Below are positions 12,719 through 25,582 of a DNA stretch of 64,000 nucleotides, piece by piece. The notes beneath the pieces are model-generated. The model saw only the letters and a program-made list of their open reading frames with translations, searched no databases and had not been told where the DNA came from. The DNA is from Phoronis australis (lineage: Eukaryota > Animalia > Phoronida). Made by a program: the position numbers and the translations under genes. The DNA is taken from the NCBI GenBank assembly GCA_002633005.1, contig NMRA01000023.1:1468689-1532688 (forward strand). The letters are read 5' to 3'. How positions within the stretch are numbered: the first letter of the stretch is position 1; each line of letters begins with the position of its first letter.

Positions 12719-15700
12719 NACGTGTGGGGTTTTCGTGGATCAATTCATGCAATTTATCGCACTGCAAAATGCGTCCGTCCCCATTGTTTTGGCGCTTCCT
12801 GGTTGACCGTAGCTTGTTCACCACTTGGCGGCGCTAGTAGTAGCGGTAACAGCGAACCCACAAGTGAACTCTCCTATACTACTACACTCCTTGCTTTAAG
12901 TCTTCGTTAGTATGAATTGTCATTAGTGACGTCATCCTCATCATCATTATCATTATTAACGTGTCAATTAGCACCACAATCGTCACCATAATTCCTCACT
13001 ACCGTCAGTCAGTTGCACCATTCGTCAACTGTAAGCCATGATTATCAGGGAGTGGAAACGATTCTATGGTCGCGCCGCTAAATTCCAGCTACGATCCTAT
13101 GGTCCAATACCGGATAGACAGATACAAAACGCGGTCCCCAGTCCATCGCTTCCAGACTTTTTGGGAGTATGGTCCCATTCACACACCCTGGATATCCCTG
13201 TTACACAATACCTCTTTTCGTCGTTTTCATTTTTATCTACGGAGTGCGTTATTATCAACCCTTATACAAACTGACGAAAACAAGTACAAGTTTCCAAGAG
13301 TACAAATTTACGAAACTCGTGACGATATACGTGGCACTCAACACTTTTTGCAGATTTGGGGCTTGAAAATCCAGATGAAGTCAGCTACAAAAGTCTGTTC
13401 CACTGGATGTACAAAACCTGAAAATTTGAAGAATATAATGGGACAAAGACTTCAAAAAAAACTTCCACAAAGTCGATTGAAAATGATTCCAAAGTCAATT
13501 TTCCCCTTTTTACGACTACCTGAAGTGAAGTCAAAATACGCCAAATCAGCAGTTTTCACCCCAACTCACATTTCCATGCGATTACTAAGCCTGACAGACG
13601 GTGCATTCAGACTGTCAAAATTCTCAAGAATCAAGATTTCAGGTGAAACGTTGGTGTAGAACAAACAGATTTTTTAAAAATCCAAAGAGTCTGGAGGGTA
13701 CCTGAATTTCTTGCTAAATTTCAACTTTAGTTCCGTTTGCAAGCACCAAAGGTTTAAGAAAAGCCACGGCTAAGCAAAAAGTGGGTCAAGGGTCAACAGC
13801 TTACAATCTTTCAGTCAGAACAGATTCAAAATCAAGCAAATGTCATTCATAGCCTTCACATGCTGCACAGAACTGCCCAGTCAACCCAGCAGGCGCCAAT
13901 TTTTAAATGAAATTGGGAAAGGGAGCTAAATTCAACCGTGGCTTAAAAAACTATTGAGTGCCATCAATAGACCTTTTCACGGAGTAGAGATTTGTGGGAT
14001 ATCTTTCATTCTCGTTGCTTGTTGGTACGTGTTTCTATGGATGTCTAACACGTCTTCCCACAATCCATGCCAATGGAATGCTAACTTTCTCTCCATCTGT
14101 AAAATGCCAACATAATCAAGTTCATCCTCATCGTTGCCACGCGTGCTCCCGATTTTCCTCTTGCTTAGACATCTCAGTCTCGCGCTTCGTTTAGGTCAAT
14201 TTGTCATATTTGACATCTTCGTAGCTCTTGTCGTCGTTGTTGTTATCATCGTTGTCGGCAGGTGTCGTCAGCCGACTAGTATTGCTGCAGTGTTACCATT
14301 CCCCATCGCCATAGAGAGTGCTTTACTATTCTGCAATCAGTGTCTCAGTCTTGGATGTAGATTTTACAGCCACACAGTGTCGGTGATCCAAAAGATGTAT
14401 CGGTTTGAAGCAAACTTGTTTTAAACTGTTAAGAAATATATAAACATATAGTAATTGGTAATGTAACATAACACATTATTGTGTTGACAAACACAATTTA
14501 ATTCATAATTGGCACGGGTGTAATTTCGTCATGCCAATGCCTCTGTGTAGGTGTTCGTAGTTGATACCTGATTGAATGTGAAGAAAAGCCTCATTAAAAT
14601 ACCATAATCAAAGAAGCGGAGTCAATTAAAAGACATTCTGCAGGTATACTTTTAAACATTTGAAACTAAATACTGTGTTAATAAATAGCTTGGAAGCACG
14701 GGGTTAATTGGTTAGTAACTACTGTCTGCCTCAAGCTTGCAGAGTGCACCCTCCTCTCCAATTATCAAACAAGAACGCACGCAATTTCAAAGAAATCGTT
14801 TTCCGATATAATGCTTCGCGCGGCACACATGTTATCTCCCATGACAACCGAAGGTCCGTGGGACAAAACAATAGAATTTTACAACACTCACATTAAACAA
14901 TTACTCCGATTAGGATACGATTGAGTGAATCCGTACAAAATTTTGATAAGTTGATGAGACATGGGGTCTCGACACCGGATACCGTACAAAGAGACGGTGA
15001 AAATCCTTTACTTCGTTACCACATACAGCGCATTATGTGTTTACAGCTCATTTCCTGCTCGTACAAGAGAGTTCAGAACAATTTACACGAGACTATTGGG
15101 TGTTGGGTGTAACTCGCGGACAGACTGGTCTTCAGGGGATAATGCGAGTATTGTTATGTATAGTTTAGCATTAAAACAATCAATTCTGTATAAACACCAG
15201 TTTTCGCATAACGCTGTAATTTCCACGTTTAGTAAGGTCAGTAGATCCTTTTCGTTTCCTGGGTCTGATGAAAATAATGAAGAAGCTACGGGAGGTACAG
15301 TGTACAATTAGAAACCAAGTCTGAGAAAGCCCGAAACCATTATAGGACTGAATAATCATGCGTATATTGTGAATCAATTTGGATTTAAATTGTCGCCAAA
15401 TTTTAAAAGTGTGTACGTTTGTCGTGTCCAGTCCAACGACAAAATACGTAGAAGAAAAATTATTCTGACTGAATAAAAAGTTAATACATTCCCATTTCAT
15501 GTTATTCGACATGAGCCTTTAAAGAAATATCTCGCATGCAAAACGAGTATAAAAACGATCAACAACTTGCCTCATTGTTGTCGTCCCACACATTCATCTG
15601 CACACAACTACTCAAAGTGAACGGGCGATAACGGGATCTGACAGAAACTCAGTCATACGTTTAACTTTTTCCTGGGGGTTTCTTTGAACAAACGACAATT

Positions 15701-16056
15701 TTCTCGTAATAGACCAATCAGCGAGGACACGATACAAACCGTGCTTAGTCGGGCGAAGTTCTGCGGTAAATCATCACATATTTCCGTGATTAAATGAAAT
15801 ACGAAACCCCAAATTACACCGAATCGTTCTAATTTAGTAAATTATGGGTATGCACCACCAAACTAGTTCACCGCCTTCCCCTGGTGGCTTTGTGAATGAA
15901 AGAAACGTACAGCAAAGACGACCGGTTACTGTTGTGAAAATTGTCAGACGTAAATCAAAATTTGGACATCCCTACCTAATGCTTTCTGTGTTGATGGAAG
16001 TGGTAGTGGCAATACATTTAAGTACTAATAAAACTAATTAGAAATTAGAAAGATGA

Positions 16057-16210
16057 AGGTGGCGACAGCGGTGGCGGCTTCGGCGGCGGTGGCGGTGTTT
16101 ATTGTGGTGGTGGTGGTGGTGATGGTGATGGTGGCGGTNNNNNNNNNGGTGGTGGTGATTGTGGTGGTGGTGGTGGTGGTGATGGTGGTGGTGGTGGTGT
16201 GGTAGCGGTG
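16057..16210. repeat. (GGT)n/(GGC)n microsatellite with a small gap
   Basis: Direct reading. Confidence 0.95.
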
Positions 16211-17975
16211 TGATTCCTATGCTTGTCACAAGCAGGTGCGGTTCAAGAAGAGGGTCCAGCGATCAAGAATCCCTGCTCCACCATTTTTAGTGCTGTAGTA
16301 GAGGACTATAAGTACCTCTTATGCCTGTCCAACGTCAGATACCAACTGTAGCCATGATCCCGGGATTGAGAACACCAATTTGACAACTCTGAGAATATCA
16401 ACGCGTCTCACTCCACTGTACCCTAAGAGGTTGCCCCTACTGGTTCTCGTCGGAGTGAAGCCCTGATCAGCGTAGGAATACCAGGTTTCTTTCTGCAGTC
16501 TTCGTTTATGATTTGAGGAGTAAACAAAGAGATGGTTATCAACAGCTAAAGTAAGCTAAAAATGTTTAAAGTTTGAAACTCTAATTAGCCGAATTTTCAA
16601 CGAACAGCTAAAATCCGAATTGAAATGATTGGAAATATACATTAATCTAAATTTAAATGATCTAAAAGCTCACTTAGTACTGTCTTGTGCGTGAAAAGCA
16701 TGCTTCATGTTCTGCCAATTTAATTATTATTCGGGTGCGCCATATGCGTTATGGATACAAATATCTAGTCAACACCGTGGTCGCCGAGAACATGGCAAAT
16801 GTCCAGCCATGTGGCTGGTGGTACGTTTCTCGAATGAGAAGATAAAGACCGCCTCCACACTCTATCATTCCGTTAACATTTTCCACTGAAAAGACAAGTT
16901 AACGCCAGTAAAGTCACGTGCTGCGCCATTTGGAAACCCATTGTTTGGTTCACGTGACCCTTCGCTTCCGGTGTTAGCGTTGAGTTAGAGTTCCCAATTG
17001 TGATATTGTCATGGAGTGAATGTACTTTATTGAATGTGTCTACATTCACTGCCGCAAACTGGGTTTGAAATTTGCGACTTCAAAGAGGCACGTAGTACTA
17101 CTTCCATGTAGGCCTAGGTCAAGGTCAAGTCGAAATAGCATTAACCTCCAATCGAAATGATATACATCAAGTAAGCGACGCAGAATTTTCCCGTCGAAGC
17201 AATCAGTAAATTCATCGTTCCTTTTATCATGCGTAATTTAGGAACTGTCATTCACGACACATAAACACGCAAAACAAAAGGTTCAATCTCAAAACATGAA
17301 CCAAAACAATAGTTTTCAAAAGATGGTTCTGAACGGGCTGTCAGAACCAATAAGAAAACGAACAGTCTAAAATTCCATCCCTATCGTTTCGAAGAAACCA
17401 TATTTTTCTGTACCAGTAGTTCATGATAAACCTGCTTGGATCAAGAGATTTGTTGGACAGCCAGTTGTGACATGGTCTGCTAAATTGACATGATGTCGTA
17501 ACACCGGGAGGCGTAATGAGCTGCAAACACTTACGTGCCGTATACACCTGTCACCAGGTGGCGACACCGTCAGATCCACGTATTGTCTCCCAAGAACCGT
17601 CAAATAACAGTCGCGTACGGGTAAGCCGACGACAGTTCTTGGGTAGGCTCAGTAATAGCGGTTCTGCAAAGAGACAATGTGCGAGAAAAGAAAGCAGAAG
17701 AAACTATGAAAAGCAGATTAAATGGTCGCTTGACATTACTTCTGGTGCAAGACAATGTCATGCTTTGTTGACCTGAGAATACCGCAGGTGGTTACATGAG
17801 AACATAATATGACCCGGATCTAAGTAAAATAATTCACGCTGGACTCGTGTAGGCTTACCAAGTAAATACCGTGCATACGCGTATTTAGGCCCATGCCTCG
17901 AATAATACGTAATATACCGGGTATAATACTGATATGCGCAGGTGGGTATCAATGAAGCGTGTGCTTGTCTTAGAC

Positions 17976-18129
17976 CATGGGCGGATCCAGGATTTTGAGT
18001 TGGGGGGCAGGGCAGAGTATTAGCCAGGATTTTGCCTGTCAGACATTGGGACTCCTGAACTGCCCAATGGAATCTTGGAGAATTTTAGGGGTGCCATGGC
18101 CCCCTTGGCCCCCTCTAAATCCGCCACTG
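17976..18129. mobile_element. 154-bp GC-rich non-autonomous TIR element with a 5-bp TSD (TAGAC)
   Basis: Ends CATGGGCGGATCCAG ... CTAAATCCGCCACTG (imperfect inverted repeat). TAGAC at 17971-17975 and 18130-18134. Confidence 0.8.
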
Positions 18130-21100
18130 TAGACTGTGTGTTTTTGGATTTTTGTCCATTCGTAATACTTAAAATGCATTTCATTCTATTTACCTGTATT
18201 AACCGAAGAGTTTCAGCGTTTAACACATTACTATGTATAAGCAATCAGTTGGTGTCAACTCAGAGTCGGTAAGTAAAATTTTAAATATTGTACACGCGCC
18301 ATCCGTTCCTGAAATTCACATTTAATCTTGTCGCGGGAACGCGTCACGACTCAGTAATTAGGTCAACTAGGGTCACCGGTCTTGACTCACGAATAGTTGT
18401 GTCATGTGACTGGAAATCCCTGCGCGCCATTTTAGAATTTCATTGTTGACCAAGTCCAATAAAATCGACGATTTTCCGACGCGTTGTTTGACCAGTTGAG
18501 GGTGGGAATGCTCTTCTCGGTAAATGAAAACAAGTCTCATCTATTTTGAGACTCATTTTATAAGAATAAAAGACCTAATTCGATTTTCGTTTTTAGTAAG
18601 CTAAACAGTAAAATGGACCTTTAATTTTATTTAATATTTACAAACGTCGCTTTTTGTGATAATAAAGAAAGAAAGAAAATTCTTGATTTTGATTTTTTCC
18701 CAAACTAGGCAATTGGTGATTCCCAAGGTAATCTATCAGAATCCAATCCTGGCAATGCTCGAATACTTTCAATTTGGCACAGGAAGTTGAGACTCGTGTG
18801 CCTAATTTGTCTTGACGTAGTCGGCTCCCTGCCGCCCATAAGGGTTGTAATTAAGGTCGTAACATCAAATTATAATGACCGTTTGCATTCTAGTTTTTAC
18901 CTTTGCTACAATGGCCTTGGGGCACAACTCCCACTGTGAGGATAAAATTTACCTTTGTTCTGAGGCTTGCTCGGTATGCCAACGACTTACCAATCAAAAT
19001 GCATCTCTTACGATCCAAGAACAAATTTGTCATATAGTAGATGTGATTTTGTTGACCATCGTGACGACCCTTGCAGAAGATTTAAATAACACAATTAAGT
19101 GTTATTTTTTTCAAATTCAAGACTAAACGTATATCGATGCACAAAAGTAGTACGTCAAAGTTGTTCAGAAAATTGAACTTTTTCAGACATAAACTGTTTA
19201 TTTTGTGAAGTCTAGGCTTAGTTGGTCTATTACAGACACTATCTTGCGAGGTATTTTTGCGCGACACGCTTTTCCAAATCAACGAAGGAGTGTGCTTCAT
19301 CTTAAGGTGGAGCAGACGTAAAGCCTAACGGCATATTTGTGTGGCTGCATAATGACACATATTAGCCTATTATCCTTGTCAAAGTATTCAATAGTATCAA
19401 TGTGTTTACCGTCGATAAACCATTGGTAAAAACTTGTCGAAGTCCACCTTCATTACTCTCGATAAGAATGAAGGAATATTGATTCTTAACATTTCTAAAC
19501 GAAAGAATGTTGACTTGTTGTCCGCACGGGCACCTCATGTTACGTCATCAGCGGTCATATGTCGTGACATTTCGTTCAGTTCTGCGTGTACAAGTCGACG
19601 TTTGTCGCCTTCGCACCGTTTATGTCTCTGTACTTTCCCTTGAATGTCAATAGTAATGGGGAAGCGAAAAATTTGCTTTATTAACTTTTAGCCAACCGGA
19701 ATGAAATCATTTTAGGTTGGAACCAGAATGGCGACATCGGAGCACAAACACCGCCTGTATTCTGTTTACATCTTGTACGAATGTGCACAGGTTATTACAA
19801 ATTTAGGATAATCCACAAAAATAAAAGTAGCATTTTGCTTACCAACAGACACAAAATTTGCTCAAATGTGACGACTTTGCGCATGCCTCGAGTGTGAATT
19901 TCAAAAAATTCATTAGTTACAATATTTTTCTCATTCTTCACATTATCGTGACATGAATCTAGAAACATTTCTCATTCCATGAAACCGTGCAGTATTTTAA
20001 ACAAGTCCTTCTTTCATTGGCGGTTCAATTGATTGGCTTATCAAGAGAACATTTTAGCTGGCGTTGCGCCAGAACGAAGGAAACTTCCATCGTTAATTCA
20101 TGGCACACCGTATTAATGGTTCAGTGTTCTTTGATTGACTGCGGACTATTTAAATTAACAATTAAACAACAAAAGGTGAACAATAAATCTGTCCCAAAAA
20201 CCAAATTCGCCGCGGGTGACCAACACCTTATACAAACAGCTTTCTATACAATCAAGGATTAAATAATCTAACCGCCAAAATAATTTCCATCGACTGAAAA
20301 CAGATATTGGTCCCCAATCTGTGGCGAAGTCTTAGTGTTCGTGTGTTTTCTCACGCTGTTCGAGTTTAACGAACACGTGCTCACAGAAAACAACGAATCG
20401 GAACTACATATACATGTATCAATCAGTGGGATTAGATTACTAGATTGACTGGGGATGCGCAGTGGTAGTCATGAGCGCAGATGTAAATAGTTTTGGTTAA
20501 AACCTCTATACTGAACTACAGCATTTGCTACTAAGAGTACAATTATAGATATTATCAACAAGCGTACGCATGGGTGGTAAATATTTCTATTATGCATTAT
20601 CACGGTTATTATTAGACTGGTCGTAATTGTTCCAGCGTTAACCAATGAAAACTCGGAGTGGCGTTTTTTGCCTTTATGGTCGATTGTCAGTTTTATCCTA
20701 TGACAGAGGGGCAAGCGTTAGGGACCGACGCAACGATTCACCCTTAGGGTAAATGAGCGCTTGAATCCTTTAAATAAATAGAACGGACCGCTTAATTCAT
20801 TGCCGTACAAACGCTTACCGTACACACAACCGAGCGCACTGGTAAACACAACAGTTGGATCCAGACAGGGAGTCGAAATCAAGCCCACGCAGAGGGAAGG
20901 ATAAAGTTCGTTAATGTCTTATTGGTTGTCCTTACAGTGAAACGGTTGATTTTTGCACAGTATTTCGCGGAAAACAGTAAGTACATATTTGCTTTGAATT
21001 TTTTCAAGCCTTCACATACACACAACAAACGTTTTTCAGTAAACGTCATAGTTTGATCATCCACAGTTACATATTTCTGCAAAACGCGACAGGCATTGAT

Positions 21101-21299
21101 CGAATGAAAGGGGAAAATATAACGAAGTGACCCAGAACAGACTAAGCGGGCAGAAAAATGTGGATATCGGTCGTTCATTTCGGATTCTAACTGCGAGCTG
21201 GTGTTGCATTCGGCTGACCAGTTGAAATGTTGCAACAACGAATCCCGAAAAGCAAATAAAACGTAGAGTGAGGTATTCTAAAAGTTCAGTCATTGTCGG

Positions 21300-21545
21300 G
21301 TTTATTGTTATCGATGCCAGTCTCTTGGCCCTATATGGTGCTTAGTGGTTTGATCATGATACTATGCCGACAATCGTTGTTAATGTCTTTAATTTCTTTA
21401 ATTTATTTTTCGAAGTACTTTCTAATAAGAGAATCCTTTGACTTGGTGTTTCTGTGCTCTCTGGGACTACGAAATGCGTGTGTTGATTCCAGTTGCTATG
21501 TTTACTTCTATTCTGATAAAAATAAAGTGCTTCATCATCATCATG
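21300..21545 (+). mobile_element. Possible LINE (CR1/L2-type) 3' tail
   Basis: T-rich tract ending in aataaa followed by (CAT)4; no coding motif recognised. Confidence 0.3.
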
Positions 21546-24500
21546 AAATTTTACACACATCAAGATATTCCATTCAAATAAATCGATTCCCCATGTGTTT
21601 ACCATCAATAAAATCTTCGGTTTATTCACTTTTATGCCCTGGTTAAGTGTCCGTTAATTGGTGAGAGCCTGTTCGTTCGTCGGTGATTTACACGCTTGTG
21701 TTCATTAGTAAGAAGTTTATCTTTGCTTCCAAATCCAACACAATTTCCTAACATCTCGGGGGTACACCCCACTCTGGCGGGGTGGGCCGTACCAAAGAAA
21801 CAAATATACCACAATTTCAGCCATATGTGTAGATTAAACATAACTAAGAGGGCCCATTTGTCGAGAGCTTTTGTGAAAAAAATCGCAATTTGCCTGAGGA
21901 TAGTTTCCTGACACAATTCCTTTTTGCTGTTTGATCTGTACAAACTCTTAATTATTAATTCGAATAAATGTTGATTTTTTTGTACGCATCGAACTTAGAT
22001 AAAATATGAAATCTTTCTGCCGAGTTCTGAATGCAAAAATGTCCCTTTAAATAATCTAACTCCAAAACGTAACTCTATCGTAGAGGACACCCTTTCGGAG
22101 AGTTTCTCTCGTGCTCAATGTCTGCTTGGAAAATTCATATAGAAGAAGTAAATGATAAACTGTTCGTGGGTTCAACCACGTGACAGCGACTTAGCACATT
22201 TGTGTTCCCTTTTGTTGCATTCAAAGGAATGCTCCAACGACAACATTGTGGTTCCACGCAAGTTTTTGTGTCAGTGATTGCCGTGGTTTTGCACTAATCT
22301 AGTGCGGCATCAGAAATTTTGATAATTTCCATGAATCCGAGACACATTGTATCTGAGAGAATTTTGGTTAACAGTATCACTGTATCAACAAGTTGTTAGT
22401 TATAATTGTCGTTTGGTGTTGCCAGCACTGGAGCAGACGGTCACGTTTACACCCATCGAAACCATAAGCCGAGAATTGGGGAGTAAAGTTGAAGGACAAG
22501 TGTGGATTTCATTCTTGGTAGTCTTTCATGGCTGGCGAAGTATCGACTGTAAAAGTTGTATTTTGTCGTGTTTAGTTAACTAAAAAACAAAAATCTAATT
22601 AGTTTATTCACCCTCATAAAACAGGTCTCGCAGTATCCTTTTCCATGATACGATTCTATTTTAGTTACCAATAAAACGTTTCAGAGTTTTCTGGAGTTGG
22701 CCAACCCTAAAATAGCGAATTCGAAAACGGTGTCTGTGACCCGACATAATCATGTAACAGTGAGAAGCATTGAATCCAAAGCGAGACGAAGTAACGTGTT
22801 TCCGCGACTGAACATCACTCTAATCAAAGAGAGTTGTAAACACGCTTATTAAAAGTGATTGACAGGCAACATCAAACGGAAATCATAATAACCTAATTGC
22901 AAGTTCCGGGAATCGTCTATCATGTATTTAGAGGGTCCACGTTTTTCACGAGTTTTTTAATAACCCGCTGTTTCGTGTATGCGCCAAGTCGTGGAAAGTT
23001 TACCTCGAGGTTATAAATGAGCTAGTTAAAGTACGCGATCTGAAATAATTTTGTTAACTTTCTTTAGAAGTAGGCTACACAGTTGATTAGCAATTAAAAA
23101 TGTGACCGTTCAGTACCAGGTACGGGACGAATCGACACGCTCGACTGCAGTCCATAAAGTAGGTATTCTTCCTATACGGCGGCCAGTAACATTGCACAGG
23201 CCGAAGAGCCGAAGGAATTTGGAGCTAGGCCTGCGCACTCTGAAAGTGAATGCCGTCGTCTGCGGAAAGTTTGGTTTAAAGTTGCATTCCGCCCTGTTTA
23301 CTTTTCTCAGAATTTCTACTCGGCTGTCCCTTGTATCACATTTAAAGGACCACAAACTGAGTTTGCCTTCTCTAGCAAATACACTATTAGCCTACGTATC
23401 GACACAGTTTTGGATGGGGTATGCTACTGAAGACTTTTTAAATACCAGCCTTACAGAAATTAACCAAAATCTTCTGTGGCCACCAACGAATTTGACTTTC
23501 AAGAAGCGACGCAATTTATCAGTAGCTCTGGAACACGCATCCACACACATCTCTCACATAGACTTGCGTCTGATGTCTCCCATTCAGAATTACTCGGCTC
23601 TTTCCGGCAACAGAGAGTTTATGTGGAGTTCAAAATGTGGTGATCTGCCGTAAACGTTTTCTAGCGATCAGGTCCACTGACATGACACTGTTGGGACACT
23701 CTGGAGAATAATGCGAAAAGTTAACACCCAAAGTCCACAGGAGTGTTTGTCTAGCCCACCTATCAAGGTGTTTCAATTGACTATGTCCCACTTTTGATGT
23801 AACAGCAGTACAAATGGTCGAGAATAGTCTGCAAACAGAAAGTGCTTTGACAACTCCCTATTGTTGCTCTCAATTTCGAGTTCATTCGATATTTTCATCC
23901 TATGTGGTCCGTCATGTAGTTATGCATTAGAAACTCGATCAACGTAAACTGTAATAATAAATAATAAAATGCAGTTGTAGAGTCATCCAGGAAAGTTCAT
24001 TGTATTCGAATTAAATCTGGTCTACTGGACGTTACTTACTACATCACGCCTCCTTCAAAGGGAAGATGGTACTGACTGCTAGAAGTAGGATTTTGTAAGT
24101 GATGTACAACAGAAAAAATTAATGAGTATCTAAAATGTGACAAATCGTGTTCAGCGCTTGTAAGAGAAGGGAGGTATCGATAACTCGAAGAAAAATTTAT
24201 AAACCGTGTTTCATCATCGTCGTCGTTCTCATCGTCATCTCTTCTTCATCATAATCAAAACTATCAGCAAACCTTAACCGGTGAAATGCTTGCCTCTCAC
24301 TCTTTATTCTAATGAAACTCTTGAAAATCGTTGTTTTTCATATAGTTACATTTACTATGAATGGTTTTGTTCGCAAATGAAGTCTGACGTGTTTTCTTTT
24401 ATGTCGTTTGTATCTTCATCAGGTCATTTCGAGATCAGTTATTCATTGGTTAATATGTTCCCTGCAGCTATCTGCGCGTCCCATAATACTCGCAACGGAG

Positions 24501-25521
24501 CATGACCTGCCGTAAAAAACATGGGTCACGTGTCATGACGTGACTGTCATCACACCTGCGGGGTGCCGTTGCAACTTCATTTTCAGTCATAGGTACGAAT
24601 ATTGGGATGGAAATATTTGCGCTACTCGTCTAATATGTGAACTTGTGGTATTACGTTTACGAAAAGAAAATTTTACTTTATTATTTTCTGTTATGGAATA
24701 GATGAGTGCTGTAAGTAAATAGATTGTCCCTGGTGCTCAAAATGCACAAATCCTTCTGGTTTATAACTGAACCGACAACCATCAGTATTGAACACGCGTT
24801 AGACGCAAAAGGCTTCGCCATGCGTAATAGTAATCTGGGCCAACAAAAGTATCACAACTAGACCAGGGTTAATGAGTATAAACTATAATCCATGTTTCGC
24901 TAATGGTTTTCAAAAACCAAAAACGCATTTACATTTCCAGGGTACAAGTATTTCGTCGTCAACTGCGAAGTAAACAAATTATTTGCACGCTACAACCCCA
25001 TGACTACGGCAAATTCAGTTTTCCGGCAGAATTCATACGCACGTTGGTTTGCACACAACGCTTAGTCATAGTGTTAGTAGTTTGAAGGATCATACATTTT
25101 GTTTTCTGGTCAAATGCATCATAATCCACAGAAATAAGCTTTCATAAGATTTAGTAGTCGACCACTGCGTGTGGGATTGAAGTGTAATTTGAATTCACCG
25201 GAAGAGGTCACTTAGAGCGCTGATAAATATCTCGTCTAAATTGCCTATAAAATGCACGATGCTATTTATTGAGAGTGAAGTAGAAAGGAATTGGGTAAGT
25301 ATATTTGATCTAATCTCCAAATGTCTAGGATTGAGTGTACCATATGTGCTTAGAATACTCGGTATTAACAGCCGTTGAGATGTATTGAAATAGTCAAGAG
25401 AATAAAGTGTGCCAGTAATTCTTAATTGGTGACTACGAAGCACTTTTGGGTTTTTTGTTGAGAAATGTAGTTTGATGATAATCAAACTAAAGCAATTTTA
25501 AATGTAGAATTTTTCTTTCAG

Positions 25522-25582
25522 GTGTATCTGGATATAAACAAAAGGATACAACTTGCGGACTACAAGAAAGTCATTGCTCATG
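25522..25582 (+). CDS. Upstream exon of the discoidin gene: 5'UTR ending in the ATG (25580-25582)
   Basis: Acceptor ttttctttcag| and donor ATG|gtaagt are both strong. An in-frame TAA lies upstream in the exon. The ATG joins in frame to 39165 (M-ITSMKGQ...). Confidence 0.65.

Noticed and set aside
13066-13659. Longest ORFs in the track (197 aa here, 183 aa at 23102-23653)
   Set aside because: No recognisable domain or supporting splice structure; the first overlaps a repeat relic
16038-16229. Poly-His ORF, and the RE/SL-rich ORFs at 1413-1806
   Set aside because: Translations of (GGT)n and (GA)n microsatellites spanning gaps
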